A DNA stretch of 64,000 bases from an uncultured Acidobacteriota bacterium (GTDB lineage: Bacteria > Acidobacteriota > Thermoanaerobaculia > UBA5066 > DATFVB01). The translations under genes were made by a program, and so were the position numbers. Positions within the stretch are counted from its first letter, which is position 1. Every line of letters begins with the position of its first letter. The notes beneath the pieces are model-generated. The model searched no databases, was not told where the DNA came from, and saw nothing but the letters and a program-made list of their open reading frames with translations. Below, piece by piece: positions 31,161 to 40,370 of this stretch. Location: contig CAVZCI010000003.1 in assembly GCA_963773815.1 (NCBI GenBank), forward strand, positions 219,669 to 283,668. The letters are read 5' to 3'.

Positions 31161-32681
31161 GTGATCGATACCAGAGGCCGAACTCTCGGAAGAATTCTCC
31201 TCGCGGCGTTCCTGGCGCGCGCGGCCGGGGCCGCGACCCCGCCGCCGGCGGGAGACTGGAGAAAGGATGTCGACGCGTTCGCGCGCCGCGTCGTCGAATC
31301 GGGGCTGGCGCCGGGCCTCTCGCTGTCGGTCGTCGACCGGGACTGGGTGATCCACGCGAAGGGGTTCGGCGTCGCCGACCGGGACACGGGACGCGGGGTC
31401 ACCGAAGACACGCCGTTCTACATCGCCTCCAGCACGAAGGCGTTCACGGCGCTCGCCGCCGTCCGCCTCGCCGACCGGGGCGAGCTCGATCTCGACGCGC
31501 CGCTCTCGCGCTATCTTCCCGATCTCAAACTCCGGCCGCCGCTCTCGGCCGACGCGCTCACGATTCGGAACCTCCTGACGATGACGCACGGGATCCGGGA
31601 CGCAGGGCCGGTCGAGTTCCGCACGGCGATTTCCGGAGATTTCACGCGCGACGGACTGATCGCGATTCTCGGGACTTACGGCCCGTCGACGACGGGACGG
31701 GAGTTCCACTACGGCAATCTCGGCTACAACATCCTCGGCCTCGTGCTGGAGGCCCGGACGAAATCGAGCTGGAAAGACGTGGTCCGGCGGGAAGTGCTCG
31801 AGCCGGCGGGCATGAGCGAGACGAAAGCGCGTCTCACCGAGCTCGACCCGGACGCGATCGCCCGTCCGCATGTCTTCGGCCCCGACGGCTGGCGGCGAAC
31901 CCCGCTCGCCAAGAGCGATGCGACCCTGCACGCGGCCGGGGGTCTCTTCTCCTCCGCGCGAGACCTCGGGCGATTTCTCGCGGCGGAGACCGGAGGCGGC
32001 GCGATTGAGGGCGAGCGGGTGTTCCCGGCGGAGACGATCGCGCGGACGCAGAAGGCCGCGGTGGAGCAGAACCGGGAGTTCGGGCCCTTCCACCGCTTCG
32101 CGTGGGGACTGGGGTGGGACCTCACGCGGTACGAAGGCGACCTCGTCGTGAGCCGGTTCGGCGCTTTCGCCGGTTACTTCTCGCACGTCTCGTTCATGCC
32201 GGATCACGGGATCGGCGTCGCCGTTCTCGTCAACGGAGAGAATCCCGCAACCTCCGCGGCGGACCTCGTCGCGACCTACGTGTACGACCGTCTGCTCGGA
32301 AAGTCCGGTCTCGAGGAGACGTACGCGGCAAGGCTCGCCGAGCTGAAATCGAAGGCGGACGCCTATCGCCGGAAGATTTCCGAGGAGCTCGCCCGCCGGG
32401 CGGCGCGTCAGAAGCCCCTTCCTCATCCGCTGGGCGATTACGCCGGCGTCTACGAGAACCCGCGGTACGGGCGCATGGACTGGCGCGTGGTCGCCGGGGG
32501 ACTGGAGGTCCGCGTCGGCGAAGCGACGAACCGGGCGGAAGTGTACGACGCGGCCGCCAATCAGCTGCGCATCGACCTCACGGAGAGCGGCGAGGTCGTG
32601 ACGTTCCGGTTCGCGGACGGAAAGGGCGCGGCGGCCTCGCTCGAATACCTCGAGGAGGAGTGGAAGAGAGTCGCCCGATAA
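31161..32681 (+). CDS. Secreted serine hydrolase, beta-lactamase/class C family with C-terminal DUF3471-like domain
   Basis: Signal peptide, SSTK (SxxK), FHYGNLGY, C-terminal YAGVYENPRYG; GGAGG RBS. Confidence 0.9.
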   Translation: MIDTRGRTLGRILLAAFLARAAGAATPPPAGDWRKDVDAFARRVVESGLAPGLSLSVVDRDWVIHAKGFGVADRDTGRGVTEDTPFYIASSTKAFTALAAVRLADRGELDLDAPLSRYLPDLKLRPPLSADALTIRNLLTMTHGIRDAGPVEFRTAISGDFTRDGLIAILGTYGPSTTGREFHYGNLGYNILGLVLEARTKSSWKDVVRREVLEPAGMSETKARLTELDPDAIARPHVFGPDGWRRTPLAKSDATLHAAGGLFSSARDLGRFLAAETGGGAIEGERVFPAETIARTQKAAVEQNREFGPFHRFAWGLGWDLTRYEGDLVVSRFGAFAGYFSHVSFMPDHGIGVAVLVNGENPATSAADLVATYVYDRLLGKSGLEETYAARLAELKSKADAYRRKISEELARRAARQKPLPHPLGDYAGVYENPRYGRMDWRVVAGGLEVRVGEATNRAEVYDAAANQLRIDLTESGEVVTFRFADGKGAAASLEYLEEEWKRVAR

Positions 32682-32721
32682 AACACGGAAGTCCTCGTGT
32701 TCCGTCCCGTCGACCGTCCTC

Positions 32722-33144
32722 TCAGAGCGGGTCGTGCACCTTCAGACCCGGAAGCGCAATGAAGTCCCGGTCGTGGGTCCAGACCTCGCCCGCGCCGTTT
32801 TCAAACGCCGCGAGCGCGATGTGAAGGTCAAAGACGCGATTTCCACGGACACCGAGATCCGACGCCAGCCGGGCGAGACGGAGGCCGAGCTCGCTCGTCT
32901 GGGGCCAGATCGCGAGGCCCGCGCCTTCCACGAGGCTGTTCAGGAACTCGAACGCCTCGTTCGGAGTCGAAGGCCTTCGAGACGACGCCGGATGCGTGAC
33001 GACAGCGAGGAATTCCGCAACCGTCGCGGCCGCGATCCCGCATCCGCGGTCCAGCGCGCGCTCGATCGCTCTCTGCGCCGGCCGGTGTTCGGGTGTCGAA
33101 GACCGATGAGCGTAGATCAGAAGGTTCGTGTCAATCGCGATCAT
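32722..33144 (-). CDS. vapC: VapC PIN-domain toxin
   Basis: MIAIDTNLLIYA, EF, DLHIA, THDRDF. Confidence 0.92.
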   Translation of the reverse strand: MIAIDTNLLIYAHRSSTPEHRPAQRAIERALDRGCGIAAATVAEFLAVVTHPASSRRPSTPNEAFEFLNSLVEGAGLAIWPQTSELGLRLARLASDLGVRGNRVFDLHIALAAFENGAGEVWTHDRDFIALPGLKVHDPL

Positions 33145-33382
33145 GTCGCCGCAGAAAGTCGCGCATCCGCTCCCGGCTCGCGAGATCGAGATCGTCCGCG
33201 AGGCGCCCGGCGACGACGACCCATCGAACCTTTCTCGCGGTTGTGCGCTTTCGGTGGCGAAGCGAGGTCAGCTCTCTTCGCAAGCCTCGCTCGAGAATCT
33301 TCTTGACCGTGCTCCTCGTTTCGGCGGCTCGTTTCTTCGCCGCGATCAGGAGCTCATCCGGCAATTCGACGGTCGTTTTCAT
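33131..33382 (-). CDS. vapB: VapB-type RHH antitoxin
   Basis: MKTTVELPDELL..AK; overlaps vapC; tandem CCATAT repeats upstream (33390-33404). Confidence 0.88.
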   Translation of the reverse strand: MKTTVELPDELLIAAKKRAAETRSTVKKILERGLRRELTSLRHRKRTTARKVRWVVVAGRLADDLDLASRERMRDFLRRHDRD

Positions 33383-34314
33383 GAGCGACCCATATTACCA
33401 TATCGGTGTTTCTCCGCCTCCGCGAGCGGGTAGCTGCGTTCCATTCCTTCCCTCACCCCGATCGGGTCGTAGCCAAGGTCCCGGCGGGCCTCGGAGTTGT
33501 CGGGCGCGGCGTCCTGCTCGATGCGGCTGATCGCGTAGCGCGTGAGCGGCGGGTTCTTCATCGTCTTTTCCATGAGGAACGCCGCCGCGCGGCAGACCGG
33601 CAGGGGAATGTAAACGAACGGTTTCGAGACTCCCTGGTGGCGCAGCATCAGCTTCGCGAGGTCGCGGATCGAGATCTCCTCGCCGCCGCTGAAGTTGTAG
33701 GTCTTGCCGTGGCTCTTCGGGTTGTTCGCGATCGCGAGGAGTCCTCGCCCGATGTCTTCGACGAAGACGGGGTTTTTCCGGGCAAGCCCCCGTCCGACGA
33801 AGGGGACGACGGGATACCGGAGCAGCGATTCCAGAAATCCCATGAATTCCAGCCCGCCGCCGCGCTCGTACGCGAGCGTCGGCCGCACGATCGTCCACGC
33901 CATCGGGCTCGCGGAGCGGACGATCTCTTCCGCGTCTGCCTTGGAGAGGGCGTATTCGGAGATCGGGTCGATTGCCGAAGTCGACGAAATGAAGACGAAG
34001 TGCCGGACGCCGGCTCGCTGCGCCGCCTCGACGACGTTCCTCGTTCCCTCCGTATTGACGCGCCGGAAGATCGTCGGATCGCTCGACAGGATGACTCCCG
34101 CCAGGTGAAACACCGTCTCGACTCCTTCGAAGAGTCCCGCGAGAGTCTCGCTTCGCGCGATGTCCCCGAACACGATTTCCGCGTTCACCCCTTCCAGCCG
34201 CGCCGCGTTCGGGTCGCCGGGCAGCGTCAGGGCGCGCACCTGGTGGCCGGCGGCGGCGAGGTCCTTCACGAACCGCGCGCCCATGACTCCCGCGCCCCCG
34301 GTGACGAAGATCAT
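33379..34314 (-). CDS. Atypical SDR / NAD-dependent epimerase (NDUFA9-like)
   Basis: TGGAGVMG, YALSK, IVRPT. Confidence 0.85.
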   Translation of the reverse strand: MIFVTGGAGVMGARFVKDLAAAGHQVRALTLPGDPNAARLEGVNAEIVFGDIARSETLAGLFEGVETVFHLAGVILSSDPTIFRRVNTEGTRNVVEAAQRAGVRHFVFISSTSAIDPISEYALSKADAEEIVRSASPMAWTIVRPTLAYERGGGLEFMGFLESLLRYPVVPFVGRGLARKNPVFVEDIGRGLLAIANNPKSHGKTYNFSGGEEISIRDLAKLMLRHQGVSKPFVYIPLPVCRAAAFLMEKTMKNPPLTRYAISRIEQDAAPDNSEARRDLGYDPIGVREGMERSYPLAEAEKHRYGNMGRS

Positions 34315-34328
34315 CAGACGCCCTCTCC

Positions 34329-34418
34329 GACCTCACCCCCGGCCTTCGGCCACCCCCTCCCGCGCTGACCCGTCTTCTGAAGGGCTGCCAGCGGGAGAGG
34401 GGGACGGGGGGTGAGGTT
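34329..34418. repeat. REP-like palindrome
   Basis: GACCTCACCCCCGGCCTTCGGCCACCCCCTCCC...GGGAGAGGGGGACGGGGGGTGAGG. Confidence 0.75.
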
Positions 34419-34435
34419 CAAGCGAATACCTCTTC

Positions 34436-35200
34436 TCATGCAGTTTCGATTGCGGTCTTGACGCCGAGAATCCGCTGATACTCGCCGCGCCGGTAGCGCC
34501 GCACGACGGCGAGCACGTCAAGGCCGTAGGAAACGGGCTTCAGGTGCGAGACCTCGTCCGCGTATCGCGTGGGAATCGCGACCTCCGCGATTCGCAGGCC
34601 GAGGATTCGCGCGCACACGAGCATTTCGAGGTCGAAGTCGAAGGAATCGGACAGCCGCGCGAACGGAATCGTCTCGAGCGCCCGGCGCGAATAGAGCATG
34701 TAGCCGCTGTGGAACTCCGCCAGGCGCATGCCGAACGCGCGGTTCTCGACGGCCGTCAGCAGCCGGTTCGCCGCGTACTTGTAGAACGGCATTCCGCCGG
34801 CGAGCGCTCCGCCGCCGAGCATCCGCGAACCCTGCACGAGATCGGCCTCGCCGCGGCGAAGGGGCGCGGAGAGCTCCGGGAGCTTTTCGGGGGCGTACTG
34901 CCCGTCGGCATGGACGATCGCGGCGATGTCCACCCCTGTTTCGAGCGCGTGGGCCAGGAGCGTCTTGACCGCGCCGCCGTAGCCGCGGTTCTTCGGATGC
35001 CGGAGAATCACGAGCGGCGGCAGCTCCGATCGGAGCCGCTCGAGAACCCGCGCCGTGTCGTCGGAGCTCCCGTCGTCCACGGCCGCGTAGGCGTAGCGCG
35101 TCGCCGTCGCGTCGGAATTCCGGGGGAGCCGGGCGACGAGCCGCTCCAGCGTGAGCGCCGCGTTGTAAGCCGGAATCGCGATCAGGAGGGAATCAGGCAT
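34436..35200 (-). CDS. GT2 glycosyltransferase (polyprenol-phosphate sugar synthase-like)
   Basis: IPAYN, VDDGSSD, NRGYGGA, HADGQY, FHSGY. Confidence 0.9.
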   Translation of the reverse strand: MPDSLLIAIPAYNAALTLERLVARLPRNSDATATRYAYAAVDDGSSDDTARVLERLRSELPPLVILRHPKNRGYGGAVKTLLAHALETGVDIAAIVHADGQYAPEKLPELSAPLRRGEADLVQGSRMLGGGALAGGMPFYKYAANRLLTAVENRAFGMRLAEFHSGYMLYSRRALETIPFARLSDSFDFDLEMLVCARILGLRIAEVAIPTRYADEVSHLKPVSYGLDVLAVVRRYRRGEYQRILGVKTAIETA

Positions 35201-36344
35201 CCGATCGGGTACGGCCGGACGAAACGCGGCCGCTCGAATTCGCCGCGGCCGGAAAATCAGCCGGTCCGGGCGATCGCAGAGCCGCCTCGCGCCGGGCGTT
35301 GACGTAGTACTGCATGGTGGGGATCAGCATTTCGGACAATCCGGTCCGGGGCTGCCATCCCAGAAGGCGCTGGGCCTTGCCGATGTCGGGGATGCGCCGG
35401 TCCGAATCCTCGTATCCGTCCCCGTAAAACTCCTTCGCGGAAACCTCGATGATCGCCGGCAGGGGGGCGCCGTCGGGGGCGAAGTGGCGCGCGTAGAGCT
35501 CCCGCATCAACTCGGCCAGCTGGCGGATCGAGACTTCGTTTCCCGGAGAGCCGATGTTGAAAATCTGGCGGTCGCACCCTCCGCCCGGGTTTTCCACGAT
35601 CCGCGCGACGCAATCGACCGCGTCCTTGATGTAGGTGTAGCACCGGCGCTGGCCGCCGCCATCGACGAGCTTCATCGGCGTGCCTTCGAGCAGCGCTTCC
35701 ATGAAATACGAAAAGACTCGCGGCACGCCGTCGGTGTCGCCCGGAAGGTAGTCGATCTTCGGTCCGATGAAGTTGAACGGCCGAATGATCGAGTAGTTGA
35801 GACGCCCCTCCAGCCCGTAGGCGTGGATCACGCGCTCCAGGAGCTGCTTGGCGCAGGCGTAGATCCACCGGTGCCGGCCGACGGGCCCCATGATGAGGTC
35901 GGTGCGGTCCTCCGCGAACGTCGCATACGCGGGGTTTTCGGGGTCCGCGATCAACTCTCCGAGCACGGCCACGGGCGTTTTTCCGTACACCTCGCAGGAG
36001 GAAAACTGGATCAGCCGCCGACTCTTGCGAATGCACGACTCGGCGATCCGGAGATTCTCCTGGAAGTTGAGCCGGAAGACCTCGAGCGGGCTTCGAACGT
36101 AAATCCCCGGGTTCGCGTGAGCGACGAGATCGATGACGACGTCCGCCGCGGCGACCGCTCCGTCGAGATCGAACGTCCGGTCGGTCACGTCCCTCTCGAC
36201 GAAGGTCAGGCGCGGGTGGTCGAGCAAATCCGCGATTTTGTCCGTGTGCACGTCGATTCCGGTCACGTCGTGCCCGCTTTCGAGCAGACGTTCCGCCAGA
36301 TGGGCTCCGATGAAACCGCCCGCCCCGAGACTCAACACCTTCAC
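35193..36344 (-). CDS. UDP-glucuronate decarboxylase family SDR, UDP-apiose/UDP-xylose synthase-like
   Basis: GAGGFIG, FSSCEVYGKT, RWIYACAKQLLER, RPFNFIGP, GVPRV, KLVDGG, KEFYGDGYEDSDRRIPD; AGGAGG RBS. Confidence 0.8.
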   Translation of the reverse strand: MKVLSLGAGGFIGAHLAERLLESGHDVTGIDVHTDKIADLLDHPRLTFVERDVTDRTFDLDGAVAAADVVIDLVAHANPGIYVRSPLEVFRLNFQENLRIAESCIRKSRRLIQFSSCEVYGKTPVAVLGELIADPENPAYATFAEDRTDLIMGPVGRHRWIYACAKQLLERVIHAYGLEGRLNYSIIRPFNFIGPKIDYLPGDTDGVPRVFSYFMEALLEGTPMKLVDGGGQRRCYTYIKDAVDCVARIVENPGGGCDRQIFNIGSPGNEVSIRQLAELMRELYARHFAPDGAPLPAIIEVSAKEFYGDGYEDSDRRIPDIGKAQRLLGWQPRTGLSEMLIPTMQYYVNARREAALRSPGPADFPAAANSSGRVSSGRTRSDA

Positions 36345-36494
36345 GATTCCCCCTCCTGTGCGGGCTCCCGGCGAATTCCGGCCGATGCCGGCGCGATTCC
36401 CTGGTTCCGCGGCGGATGAATTTCCGTTTATCTTATCCTCGCCCGGGGGCCATTCGGAAGGCGAAAATCGCGAAGGTGTTAGATTCCCGCCGAG

Positions 36495-37876
36495 ATGGCC
36501 CCGCAACCCCGAATTCCGGCCAACGACTGGAAGCGAAAGGCGCTCCATGCGGGAATGGGTCTTTTCGCCCTCGCTCTGCGCTTTCTCTCCTGGCCGGCCG
36601 CGGCGCTGCTCGCGGCAGCCGCATTGCTTTTCAACGTCGCGGTCATGCCCCGGCTCGGCCGCGGGGTCTACCGCGACGCCGGCCGCCGGCACGATCCGGG
36701 AATCGTCGCGTACCCGGCCGTCGTGCTCGCCGTCATCCTGCTTTTTCGGCATGATCTGGAGGTCGCGGCGGCGATCTGGGGGATGATGGCGCTTGGCGAC
36801 CCCCTGGCTTCCGTCGTGGGAAAGCTCATCGGCGGGCCGGCTCTTCCCTGGAACCGCAGGAAAACCTGGTCCGGCTCGATTGCCTACGCCGCGTTCGGGG
36901 CGGCCGCCGGCTCGCTGCTGTTCGCGTTCGTCGGGCGGATTCCCTTCGGAAGCGCGGTCTCGTCGTTCGCCCTCTTCGCGGTGCTCGGGGCATTCCTCGA
37001 ATCGATCGAGACCGGTTTCGACGACAACCTGACGCCGGGCCTCGGCGTCGCCTTTGCCTACGCGACGCTCCATCTCGGGGTGTTCGCCCGGGAGGGGTTC
37101 TCCCTTTCCGGCGTGCGCTCCCGTTTCGCTTCCCGTCGCTCTTGCGGTCAACGCGGCGATCGCCGGCCTCGCGACCGCGATTCGCGTGGTCTCCCTGTCG
37201 GGCGGAATCGCCGGCGCGCTCGCGGGTCTCGTCGTCCTTCGCTTCGGGGGCTGGGGAGCCTACGCGGTCCTCTGGGCGTTCTTTCTCTTCGGGACCGTCG
37301 CCTCGAAGCTCGGGTATTCGCGCAAGGAGAGGCTCGGCACCGCCCAGGCGAACCGGGCCCGCCGCGGCGCGCGCCATGTCGCGGCGAACGTCGGCGTCGG
37401 GGCCTGGCTCGCTTTCGCGGCCGGCGCCCGCTCGGCGGGCTCGCCGATCCTGGCGCTCGCGCTGGCCGGCTCGTTTGCCGCGGCTCTCGCCGACACGTTC
37501 GGCACGGAGCTCGGCACGCTGTACGGCGGCCGCCCTTACCTGCTCTCGAAGGGGAAGAGGGTCGCGCCGGGCACGAGGGGAGCGATTTCTCCGGCCGGCG
37601 TCGGCGGAGGCCTTCTCGGCGCGCTTCTGATCGGCGTGACGGGCGCTCTGGCCGGGCTCTACCCGGCGTCGGCTCCTGTGGATCGTGTTCCTCGGGGGCG
37701 TCCTCGGATCGCTCGCGGAAAGCCTCCTGATCGACCTTTCGGCCCGAATGGGGATCGACGCGGACCATGAATTCTGCAACGCGTTCAACACGTTCGTCGG
37801 CGCGGCGGCCGCGATCGAGATCGCGGCCTCGTTCGCTCTCGGCTCGGTCTTTGTTCCGTTCGGGAAGCTCGCTTGA
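36495..37876 (+). CDS. Fused prenol (phytol/dolichol) kinase-like + DUF92 membrane protein; two frameshifts
   Basis: N-half RKALH, GDPLASVVG, KTWSGS, DDNL; C-half KERLG, ADTFGTELG, PGTRGAIS, AESLL, NAFNT. Confidence 0.8.
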
Positions 37877-38868
37877 AGCCGCGGTCCGCGCTTGCGGCGC
37901 ACGTCGCTCTGTGGAGGCCCTTCACGCTGTTGCCGCCGCTGCTGGGCATTCTCTCCGGCGCGATCTGCGCATACGGGTCCGCGCACAACCCGGACCCCGC
38001 CCGCCGAGTGACGGGCGCGGTGCTTTTCACCGTGATCCTCGGCTCCATTTGCGCCTCGGCGATGAACGCCGCTTCGAACATCGTCAACCAGATCGCCGAC
38101 CTCGAGATCGACCGCAAGAACAAGCCGGGACGCCCCCTCGTCACGGGCGAGGTCACGATTCGATCTTCCTGGAAGATCGCCTGGGCGCTCTACGCGTTTT
38201 CGATCCTTCCGACCTGGTTCGTCGTGCCGTTTCCCCGGACGAGCTTCCACGAGCGCCTCACGGCGCCGTTGATCGAGCACGCGTGTTTCTTCATCTACGC
38301 GATCGGCCTCCTCGCGACGTTCGTGTATTCCTTCCGCGCGCTCGGCCGCACCAAACGCCACTGGTTCTGGGCGAATTTCACGATCGCGTCGACCCGGGGA
38401 TGCCTGCTGAAAGTCGCCGGGTGGTCCTTCCTCGCCCGCGTCAGCAGCTGGGAGCCGTGGGCGCTCGGGGGCGTGATGGGACTCTTCCTCCTCGGGGCGA
38501 CGTCGACGAAGGATTTCTCCGACATCGAGGGGGACGCGCTCCACGGGTGCCGGACGCTGCCGATTCGTTTCGGGGTCTCGGGCGCGGCGAAGATCATGGC
38601 CCCGTTCTTCGTCGTTCCGTGGCTGCTGCTTTCCGCGTTCTCGTTCGCGGCCGACCCGGCGCGTCCGGGGTCGCCCCTCCTGACGGGCAACCACGCCTTT
38701 CTCCTGTCGTTTGGGATCGCGATGGCGGCCTGGGGGGCCTACACGGCGTCGCTCCTCCTTCGGGACCCCGACGCCCTGACCTCGACGGAGAATCACCCGG
38801 CCTGGCGGCACATGTATTTGATGCTCATGGCCGCGCAAACGGGTTTCGCCGCGGCGTATCTGGTGTAA
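37873..38868 (+). CDS. UbiA superfamily prenyltransferase (DGGGP synthase / chlorophyll synthase-like)
   Basis: NQIADLEIDRKNKPGRPL and KDFSDIEGD..GCRTLP Asp-rich motifs; TTGA overlap. Confidence 0.88.
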   Translation: MKPRSALAAHVALWRPFTLLPPLLGILSGAICAYGSAHNPDPARRVTGAVLFTVILGSICASAMNAASNIVNQIADLEIDRKNKPGRPLVTGEVTIRSSWKIAWALYAFSILPTWFVVPFPRTSFHERLTAPLIEHACFFIYAIGLLATFVYSFRALGRTKRHWFWANFTIASTRGCLLKVAGWSFLARVSSWEPWALGGVMGLFLLGATSTKDFSDIEGDALHGCRTLPIRFGVSGAAKIMAPFFVVPWLLLSAFSFAADPARPGSPLLTGNHAFLLSFGIAMAAWGAYTASLLLRDPDALTSTENHPAWRHMYLMLMAAQTGFAAAYLV

Positions 38869-38877
38869 AATTTTTGC

Positions 38878-39246
38878 ATGAGCTGGGAACGCGCGGTCCA
38901 CTTCGCAGGTCCCGTCGCCCTCCTGCTCATCAGCCTGCGGCCGCTCCTGCGCCGCCGCGGCCACCACACGATCGACCGGCGAACCGCCTGGCTCTGCCTC
39001 CTCGGCGGTTTCGTTTGGCCCCTGTCGGTCGTGCTTCGCCTCGCCTCCGGCTTTCCGACGGACCGCGTGTTCGAGCTGCTCGACTCCGCCTCGATTTTCT
39101 TCGGCGGAGTTCTGTTCGCTTATGGATTCTGGGCCCTGCGTCGCGTCCGATTCTCGCTTCACTCCGATGGCGACGATTGGTCGTTGAGGTACCGGAACTC
39201 GGAGCGCCGCGTGAAGAATCGCTCGAACTCCGAGCGGCCCTCCTGA
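38878..39246 (+). CDS. Small membrane protein
   Basis: Three hydrophobic segments; TAAAAT 6 nt before the ATG. Confidence 0.5.
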   Translation: MSWERAVHFAGPVALLLISLRPLLRRRGHHTIDRRTAWLCLLGGFVWPLSVVLRLASGFPTDRVFELLDSASIFFGGVLFAYGFWALRRVRFSLHSDGDDWSLRYRNSERRVKNRSNSERPS

Positions 39247-39249
39247 CCA

Positions 39250-39843
39250 CTAACGCCGGTCTTTTCCCTCGGCGACGATGCGGACGTTGCCGTCTTCGCT
39301 TCGGATCGAGACGATGTCCCCCGGCCCGAGAGAATCGATGCGGCGGAGGATTTCCTTCGGCGAGATCGGCTTCTCCTGCGCGAGGCCCGCGAGGAGGAGT
39401 TTCGGCACGACGATTTCCGCTTCGCGGCGCCCGCCGTCGTGGATGACATGGACCCGCACCGCGGCTCCGTCCTGGAAGACGTCGAGAGCTTCGTCGTCCC
39501 CGTGAATCGCGATTCGCGAAGGATGCTCGGGGGTTCCCTTCTCCGCCGCGTCCAGGATGTCCCGCGGCGTGATCCGCCGTTCGTCTCCGCCGGCGGAGAA
39601 GGTCCAGTCCCGCCAATCGTCGTTGTCCCACGAATGCGAGACGAGCTGCGAGACTTTTCCGACCAGAAAGCCCGGGAGGTGGACGGAGATGTGTTTGTCG
39701 CGGCCGTTTTCGTGTCCGTCGATCTCGACCCGGAACGAGCGGACGCGCGTCATCCCCGGAGCCGGCCGCCGGAAAAAACCCCAGCCGAGCGCGATCAGCG
39801 CGATCACGACGAGGCCCAGGACGATCGCTCGAAGCTCTTTCAT
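39250..39843 (-). CDS. Membrane-anchored periplasmic hypothetical protein
   Basis: N-terminal TM helix; internal repeat (ITPRDILDAAE / ISPKEILRRID). Confidence 0.6.
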   Translation of the reverse strand: MKELRAIVLGLVVIALIALGWGFFRRPAPGMTRVRSFRVEIDGHENGRDKHISVHLPGFLVGKVSQLVSHSWDNDDWRDWTFSAGGDERRITPRDILDAAEKGTPEHPSRIAIHGDDEALDVFQDGAAVRVHVIHDGGRREAEIVVPKLLLAGLAQEKPISPKEILRRIDSLGPGDIVSIRSEDGNVRIVAEGKDRR

Positions 39844-39916
39844 CTCACCTGATCCTACGGCCGCCGGCTGGAAAAGTTCCCCGCGGGCGATTATGATACG
39901 CTGATTTTTTGGGAGC

Positions 39917-40369
39917 GTGATGCCTCATTTCATTCAAGATACGTGCATTGGTTGCGGGGTTTGCGAGGTCAAGTGCCCGACCCACACCATCACGGGCGAC
40001 AAGAAGGAAAAGTACGTCATCCACGCCGATCGCTGCATCGATTGCTCGGTCTGCGCCCGCTATTGTCCCGTCTCGTGCATCGAAAACAACGCCGGCCAGC
40101 TCGTCGAGAAGGTCAAGCCCAAGGACATTCCGAAGGCGATCGTCGACCGCGACCTGTGCACGGGCTGCGAGTTCTGCATCGACATCTGCCCGTTCGACTG
40201 CATCTACCTGATCGAGGATCCGCTCCACGAGACGATGGTGCACAAGATCGCGGAAGTCGAGGCGGGTCCCTGCGTGTCCTGCCGCCTGTGTGAAACGGTC
40301 TGCGACAAGGACGCGATTTTCGTCCCCAATCCCATCACCCAGGCCAAGCGTTTCCTCCCGGTGCTCTGA
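39917..40369 (+). CDS. Polyferredoxin, four [4Fe-4S] motifs
   Basis: CIGCGVC..CP, CIDCSVC..CP, CTGCEFC..CP, CVSCRLC..VC; no signal peptide. Confidence 0.9.
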   Translation: MMPHFIQDTCIGCGVCEVKCPTHTITGDKKEKYVIHADRCIDCSVCARYCPVSCIENNAGQLVEKVKPKDIPKAIVDRDLCTGCEFCIDICPFDCIYLIEDPLHETMVHKIAEVEAGPCVSCRLCETVCDKDAIFVPNPITQAKRFLPVL

Positions 40370-40370
40370 C

